Under the pieces are notes generated by a model. It was not told the DNA's origin. It did not search any database and saw nothing but the letters and a program-made list of their open reading frames with translations. A stretch of 64,000 nucleotides of DNA, taken from the NCBI GenBank assembly GCA_964234715.1, contig OZ174278.1; one strand, written 5' to 3'. A program made the position numbers and the translations under genes. This DNA comes from Podarcis melisellensis (taxonomy: Eukaryota). Shown in pieces: positions 57,711 to 64,000 of this stretch. Every line of letters starts with the position of its first letter. Position 1 is the stretch's first letter.

Positions 57711-59103
57711 CAAACATGTAAATCCTATGGTCAAACATGGTTCAATAAAGGTCAAAATGGCAATTTCCAGCCAGATGCGCCACTTTTTAGGAGAACCACA
57801 ACTACACTGACTGCCCAGCCTCCAGAATGCTGCTCCGGACGTTGCCGGGAACTTTGAAAAAAAGAATTTCTCTTGTTAAGATATAAACCGAGTCGACGTT
57901 CATGTGTCCAGAGCCTACAGTGATGGATAACTCACATTCCAGACAAACGCTGCCGCAATAAACAGGTTCATATCAGGGAAGCAGCTTGCCTGCAGAGAAT
58001 TATGACAAAGGTCAATATGATTCTACCCTGCATGGATTGTTTGCGGTCTCCTCAGCATCCGAGTCTGGAGTTAGGCAATTTGCCAGGGGTGTGTGAGTGC
58101 AGGTGGGTGGATTTTAATTATTTCATTAAAAAGAAATAGTAAAATACAACCAAGCAGGTCCTAAAAGTCAGTGTTCACTACAGAGTCAAACGACTGCCAG
58201 GGTGGAAAGACTGTGCTGTTGAATTTGGTCAAAAACAGGATGGGAGAACAGGGAAGCTTCCAGACATCTGAGCAGTTTCTTGAAGCGGGGGAATGATTTA
58301 ACCATGTGAGACTGAAATATGTGGTTGTAGTTTGAAATTATGGACCTGAGGCTACTCAAAGAAAACACGGGATAGTATGTGTAATGTATGAGGGCTCACA
58401 ATGCAAATAGATGGGTGTTTCCAAACACATATCATTTCATTGTTTTTAAGTGACTCACCAGTCTGAAAAGCATTTGTGATTGTGTCTAGAATATATTATG
58501 TGCTGCTGAGGTAGCTTTCGCTACAGGCCTCAGCCTCAAAGGAAGAACATGGCTTAGCCTCCATAAATTAGACCAAAAGGAATAACCAAAACAGACATTA
58601 AGAAGCAGAAACATTGAAGTTCACATTTTATAACTGGCTCAATATGAGGAGTTCTTAAGTCATTTTTGTGTGGGAGGATATATGAGTACTGCACATAAAC
58701 GCATAAGATAAAGATGGAAAAAGGCAGAACAATCAACCAGTAAATGGCTGGGTGATTTTACATCAGTAAAATTAACTAAACTATAAACCTGCAAATGCAG
58801 TTGAAGGCATATATATTGGGCATGATCCTTCTGGAAAATAGTGAGGGGTACACAATACTGTTTCAGGAAAAGGAAAAGGAAAGCTTGTCCAGATAATGTT
58901 AAACTCAAAATCCAAAAAATTTCAGCCAGCATGACTTGCTCCCAAATGTGACTGCAGAGTAAAACCATCTGCATAACCCTTCTGAAGTCCAAAAAACAAA
59001 TATGAACCACAGTTTGTTATACATTATGGTATGGCCTACTTCTAGTCGGACTAAAGAAGGGTAAGTAGAAACTGTCAGTTACAGATTAGGAAATTCATAG
59101 ATA

Positions 59104-60240
59104 CAGTGGTGCCCCGCAAGACGAATGCCTCGCAAGACGAAAAACCCGCAAGACGAAAGGGTTTTTCGGTTTTTGCGACGCTTCGCTAGACGATTTTCCC
59201 TATGGGCTTGCATCGCAAGACGAAAGCCCATAGGGAAATCTCGGGGACCTCTTTTAAATGCTGGCGGTGGGGAGCAAAGCCTTTTCCCCCCCTTCGGACT
59301 TCAGAAGAGGTCCAGGAAGGCCGGCGGGGGCGAAAGGCTTTGCTCCCCACCGCCAGCATTTTAAAAGCGGTCCGGGATAGCAGGGAAGCGCTTCCCGCTA
59401 TCCCGGACGGCTTTTGAAGGCAGGCGGGGGGGGGGAGCAAAGACTTTTGCCCCCCGCCAGCCTTCAGAAGAGGTCCAGGACCTCTTCTGAAGGCTGGCGG
59501 GGGGCAAAAGTCTTTGCTCCCCCCTGCCTGCCTTTCCGGGAAAGCGGAAAAGGCAGCGCTGCCTTCCCGCTCTCCCGGAAAGGCAGGCAGGGGGGAGCAA
59601 AGACTTTTGTCCCCCGCCCGCCTTCGGAAGAAGTCCAGGACCTCTTCCGAAGGCTGGCGGGGGGCAAAAGTCTTTGCCCCCCTGCCTGCCTAACCGGGGG
59701 CTTTTAAATCGCCCCGGGACTGTCCGGGGCGATTTAAAAGCGCCCGGACGGCTTTGGGGGGGAGCAACGACTTTTGCCCCCCGCCAGCCTTCAGAAGAGG
59801 TCCAGGACCTCTTTCGAAGGCGGGGGGGGGGGCAAAAGTCTTTGTCCCCCTGCCTGCCTTCCCGGGGGCTTTTAAATCGCCCCGGGACAGCGGAGAATTC
59901 CTCCGCTGTCCCTGGGCGATTTTAAAATGCTGGCGGGCGGCAGCAAAGGCTTCGCTGCCGCCCGCCAGCATTTTAAGATCGCCCCGGGACAGCAGAAAAG
60001 TCTCCGCTGTCCCGGGAAGGCAGGCGGGGGGGGGGGAGCAAAGACTTTCGCCCCCCGCCAGCCTTCAGAAGAGGTTGGAGGACAGACTGTCCCCAGACCT
60101 GGTCTGAAGGCGGTTTCCATAGGAACGCATTAATTGATTTTTAATCCATTCCTATGGGAAACCGTGCTTCGCAAGACGAAAAACTCGCAAGACGAAAAGA
60201 CTTGCGGAACGAATTAATTTCGTCTTGCGAGGCACCACTG
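59104..60240. mobile_element. Tc1/mariner non-autonomous element filled with a GC-rich palindromic minisatellite
   Basis: TA|CAGTGGTGCCCCGCAAGACGAA...TTCGTCTTGCGAGGCACCACTG|TA; internal head-to-head repeat units. Confidence 0.93.
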
Positions 60241-60768
60241 TATTATCTGAACCTATAAAGGAATAGCATGCACCTGAAACTGTGATGACAAAAATGCTAA
60301 AGGACAATCAACAAAAAGCTGCAAGTTCATAATATGATTTCCACATTATAGATTAAGCTTTCAGAATAAAGCCATTCTAGAATAAGAACACCCCCAATAG
60401 CCCTGCCTTTAATGAAGAATGCATACAAATTATGGTATATAAAAATAATTTTATAAACTATCCAAATATAGCTCTACAGCTCAGACTTTCACTTATTGGC
60501 CTAATAATCAATAAGCTGCCTAGTCCTGAAACTGAAACGTTTCAAAACAGCTGCACAAATCTATTTATGTGTGTATCGATATAGATATATATGAATTTAA
60601 TTTACAAAACCGATCTAGGCATTTTATTTCAGAACTTCACAACAGCAATATTGTAACAACTACATAAGTTAAGGTGGGAATGTTAAAGTGCTTGAAATGC
60701 ATTTGTCAGTTTATCTGGAAATGACTTGTAAAGGTAATACAGACAACTCTTTTGTTAAAGGTACTTAC

Positions 60769-60933
60769 CATTGGCTGAAGAGGCGTTCCTGGAAACATAA
60801 ATTGCATCTGCTGTGCAAGCATTGCTGCTGCAGTTTTCTGTTGGATCAGGTTGTTCCTTCCATTAATTTCTAGCTGCGTTTTCAAATGTGTTGGTGGGTG
60901 AAGATATTTGCAGTTCTCCCTTGTGCAACGGCT
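60769..60933 (-). CDS. MBNL2: MBNL2 coding exon, 165 nt (end of CCCH zinc finger 2 and linker)
   Basis: ttttcag|AGC...ATG|gtaagt. Translates [55 protein letters not shown], which matches recalled vertebrate MBNL2 ([30 protein letters not shown]). Confidence 0.97.
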
Positions 60934-61361
60934 CTGAAAAATGTGAAAATATTACTCAGTTCTGGAAATTTAACTGTAGTCTGGTGTTATCACAAAAGCA
61001 TCTGCAATGGTTGGCCTTTCTCCAAGGCATGACACCCCTATCCTAATAATATTGAGCATTCCATTGAAATCAACGGGAAGTATTTGTATGTAGCATATTT
61101 AGTATTGTGGTCCGATTATTAACAGCCTTGCAAAATAATACTTTGGCAGTTAGGTGGAGCCTTGGTGCTGCCCTCTATGGATGGAATGAAGGGAGAAGTT
61201 GAAGGTTTAGGAGATCGTATCCAACGCAAAAAGGCACAGAGGCATGCCCTGCTCTATTTCCAAACACACCCCATGACATACGCCACGAGACTGGACGTAG
61301 TGCTCACAGAACTGCATTTCTCAGCCACACTGCAAGAGCTTCAATGGGGGAGACTCTAGAG

Positions 61362-61499
61362 CAGCAGTTCTCAACCTGTGGGTCCCCAGATGTTGTTGGA
61401 CTACAACTCCCATCATCCCTGAGCTCTGGCCTTGCTAGCTAGGGGTGATGGGAGTTGTAGTCCAACAACATCTGGGGATGCACAGGTTGAGAAAGGCTG
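61362..61499. mobile_element. Palindromic hAT MITE
   Basis: Inverted arms of about 60 bp; perfect TSD CTCTAGAG (61354-61361, 61500-61507). Confidence 0.93.
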
Positions 61500-61974
61500 C
61501 TCTAGAGTCTAGCTCCAGGCTCAATCCCACCCCAGGACACATCTCAGGCTGGGCTAATTACATTGCCAAGAGAGAGAGAAAAGGCCAATATAGAAAATAG
61601 GGACCACTTTTTATATGAGGCAGTAACTTGGCCATACAGAAGTGAGAAGGATGGGTTGTTAAGGCCTCTTAAAGAACCTCGAGTGCCCTGCAATGGAGAA
61701 GGGTCAAGAGGCATTCTCCCAGAACCAACCTTTCTTGACACCATGCTCCTCCTTCCAGCAGATGTGATGAGAACTACCATGATTACAGTCTTCCATTCAC
61801 CCACCCGTTTGGATATTCAATAAAGCTACCGCCTACTTCATGAGATAAACCATAAATGTCCATACTATCTTAATTGACAGATATTCACAGTTCAAAAAGT
61901 AACAACGTACACATGACATAATAGTTTGGATCCAAAGGTCGAAAGCAGAACTCTCCACTCTTCCAGAAACCATT

Positions 61975-62182
61975 GTGATGTTGTGGTTAGAGAAACAGAG
62001 GTTCAAATTCTCACTCAACCCAGAAGCTCCTTAGGTGATCTCAGACAAGTCATTCTCTCTGTCTGTCTATATTATTTTATAGGGTTGTTGTGAGGACTAA
62101 ATGGAGGGGGGGTGAGGAGAACCAGATCTACTGCCCTGAGCTTACTGGAAGAAAGGTAGGATAGCAATGTAGTAAATAAATG
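61975..62182 (+). mobile_element. MIR/L2-tailed SINE
   Basis: A box (GTGGTTAG), B box (GGTTCAAATT), AGGGTTGTTGTGAGGA core, AAAT tail. Confidence 0.7.
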
Positions 62183-63230
62183 AGTAGTAAAAATCTGCAG
62201 AGACTGCTGCTAAATTACAGCCCCCTCTGAAAACTTTAGAGCTGCTTCAGTTTACAGAAAGGCCACCTGGGATGTAACTCATTATGCCACATTTGAAATG
62301 TTTGATCTCAAAAGGAGAATGTTTTTGACAGCCCTTTGTTTTGATTTGTTCAACAGTAAGAAACAGGCTTCATTTTAATGGCTGTGTGTAGAGAATCCTA
62401 TCTCAGCTTAATAAGCTTTATATAAATGAGATATAAATGAGCTTTTTGTCTTTGCATGCAGACCCTTCACAGCTTGGGGAATCAAACCAGGAAGTCTTTA
62501 ATGAACCATGTTTTCTGTTTTGTGCAAACAGGGAAGCTATGGTTACCAGACCTGGGCCAAGACAGGATATTAAGCCAAATTCAAACAGTGGATTAACATC
62601 CTGGCTGGTTCTGAAGTCAGGTTTCCCAGTTTGGGCAAAATGAGAAACAATGGTTAATTAGAGACTTAATGGTTTGAATGTCTGCACTGCAAAGAGAAGA
62701 GTGAAGGGGCTGTGTGCACAACTAAAAAGGCCAAGATACAGTTGTTTGAACTGAGCCATTCTATTTGATCAGAGAGTAAGGGATTCAATTTTTTGTATGT
62801 AGACTTCCATTTGTTTTGTTACATTAGTCTCAGATTTCAATTTAACACTGTTATTTTACATTTGATCAAGTTAAAAAATAAAAAAACAGCATCCCTTCTT
62901 ACATCCAGACAGAAAACCTGTTTGTTTTGAAAATAGGGAGATTTTCTACTACTGACAAACGGGGTGACATTTCCCCTAGAGATCACATACAGAGTGTCTT
63001 GAGTATCCTTCCTTTGATTCCGCCCCCCCCTTGTCTCTAGAACTACCCAGTGCAGTTCTAACCTTACAAAATATCTGCTATTTTTTCTTAAATCCGTATA
63101 TAATCATTACCTCCTACAAGCCTAAGCATAACACATTATTGACACTAAATAAATGTTTAGAAGCTGGACCCCAATGTACTTTGCAAACTGCGAAGAAATC
63201 CTGTTTGTTTCAACTGTCTTTTAATAGGTA

Positions 63231-63467
63231 CAGTCAAACCTCGGTTGTTGAATGTAATCCATTCCGGAAGCCCGTTCAGCTTCCAAAACGTTCGACAACT
63301 GAGGCGCAGCTTACGATTGGTTGCAAGAACTTCTTGCACTCAAGTGGACGATGCGTCGGACATTCAGATTCTGAAAAATGTTCAAATACTGGAACACTTC
63401 CGGATTTGGGGCGTTCGGGAGCTGAAACGTACAGTAACGGAGGCATTCGGGAACCGAGGTTTCACTG
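63231..63467. mobile_element. Tigger-like MITE, same family as 27349-27589
   Basis: TA|CAGTCAAACCTCGGTT...AACCGAGGTTTCACTG. Confidence 0.87.
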
Positions 63468-64000
63468 TTTTGTGTAACTTAACGTGTTTTTCTGTGCTGT
63501 AATGCCTGCTGCATGATTATTTTTTTTAAAAAAATAAATATTAAAGATTTTCTTGGTTTACAAAAGCACATGCATTGTCTCTTTTTCAGGTTGTTTTTTT
63601 ACAGATCAGTTACATTTGTTGTGAGACTTTAGTGTATGTGTCTCTTCTCCCCTCCTTTCTTCCCAAGTTATTCAACACTAAAGTAGAAGAATATAAGCTT
63701 TACCACCCCACCCAACCCTTGTATAATGTTTGTGATGGAAGAAGTCTTCTATCTGGTCAGGTGAAAGTCAGTTTATAACAGACACTGGGGAATCCTGACA
63801 GCTGGGGAGGGGCTGGAGAAGGAACTCTCAGTATGCAAAAGGAGAGAAGGTATGCAAATTCTGGTTGGTGGGTAGCAGATTTAGAATTCTTAGTAGGACA
63901 GTGTGATTGGCTGGAGCTGGATGTGGGGTGGAGTTGGAAGAAATGCATATATGGCTAGGTGCTAGTCAGGATAAATCAATGTAGGTTGGTCCTTGGTCCT

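Noticed and set aside
59125-60133. Many repetitive ORFs and a CRISPR-like repeat appearance
   Set aside because: Palindromic minisatellite inside a TIR element in a vertebrate intron; no unique spacers or cas genes.

Overview
Vertebrate genomic DNA from a squamate reptile, probably a lacertid lizard (Sauria SINEs, Bov-B/RTE LINE, L2/CR1/RTEX fragments, many Tc1-mariner and hAT MITEs). The right two-thirds (about 21.5-64 kb) hold the 3' part of MBNL2 (muscleblind-like 2) on the minus strand. Six coding exons are readable: five internal exons with canonical AG/GT borders (165, 201, 264, 154 and 36 nt) and the dual-frame terminal exon. The first coding exon lies beyond the right edge, and the 3' UTR appears to run to a poly(A) signal near 21.5 kb. 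The two known alternative exons of 54 and 95 nt are not readable, and the window's only two N-runs (293 and 188 nt) sit where they are expected. The left third is intergenic and repeat-rich, with a young 2.9-kb Bov-B LINE whose EN-RT reading frame is uninterrupted but 5'-truncated. Most interesting observations: (1) the N-gaps that hide the conserved cassette exons; (2) candidate poison exons and MBNL/RBFOX/QKI motif clusters; (3) a Ser at a normally Gly position of zinc finger 2; (4) a mariner-type MITE in an MBNL2 intron filled with long GC-rich, CCUG/YGCY-containing palindromes; (5) a compound DNA transposon that moved a captured L2 tail; (6) a Penelope hammerhead-ribozyme relic. I see no convincing wholly new gene system. 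Most short ORFs in the track are noise or repeat-derived. Comparisons with human MBNL2 and repeat consensuses are from recall, not from a search.
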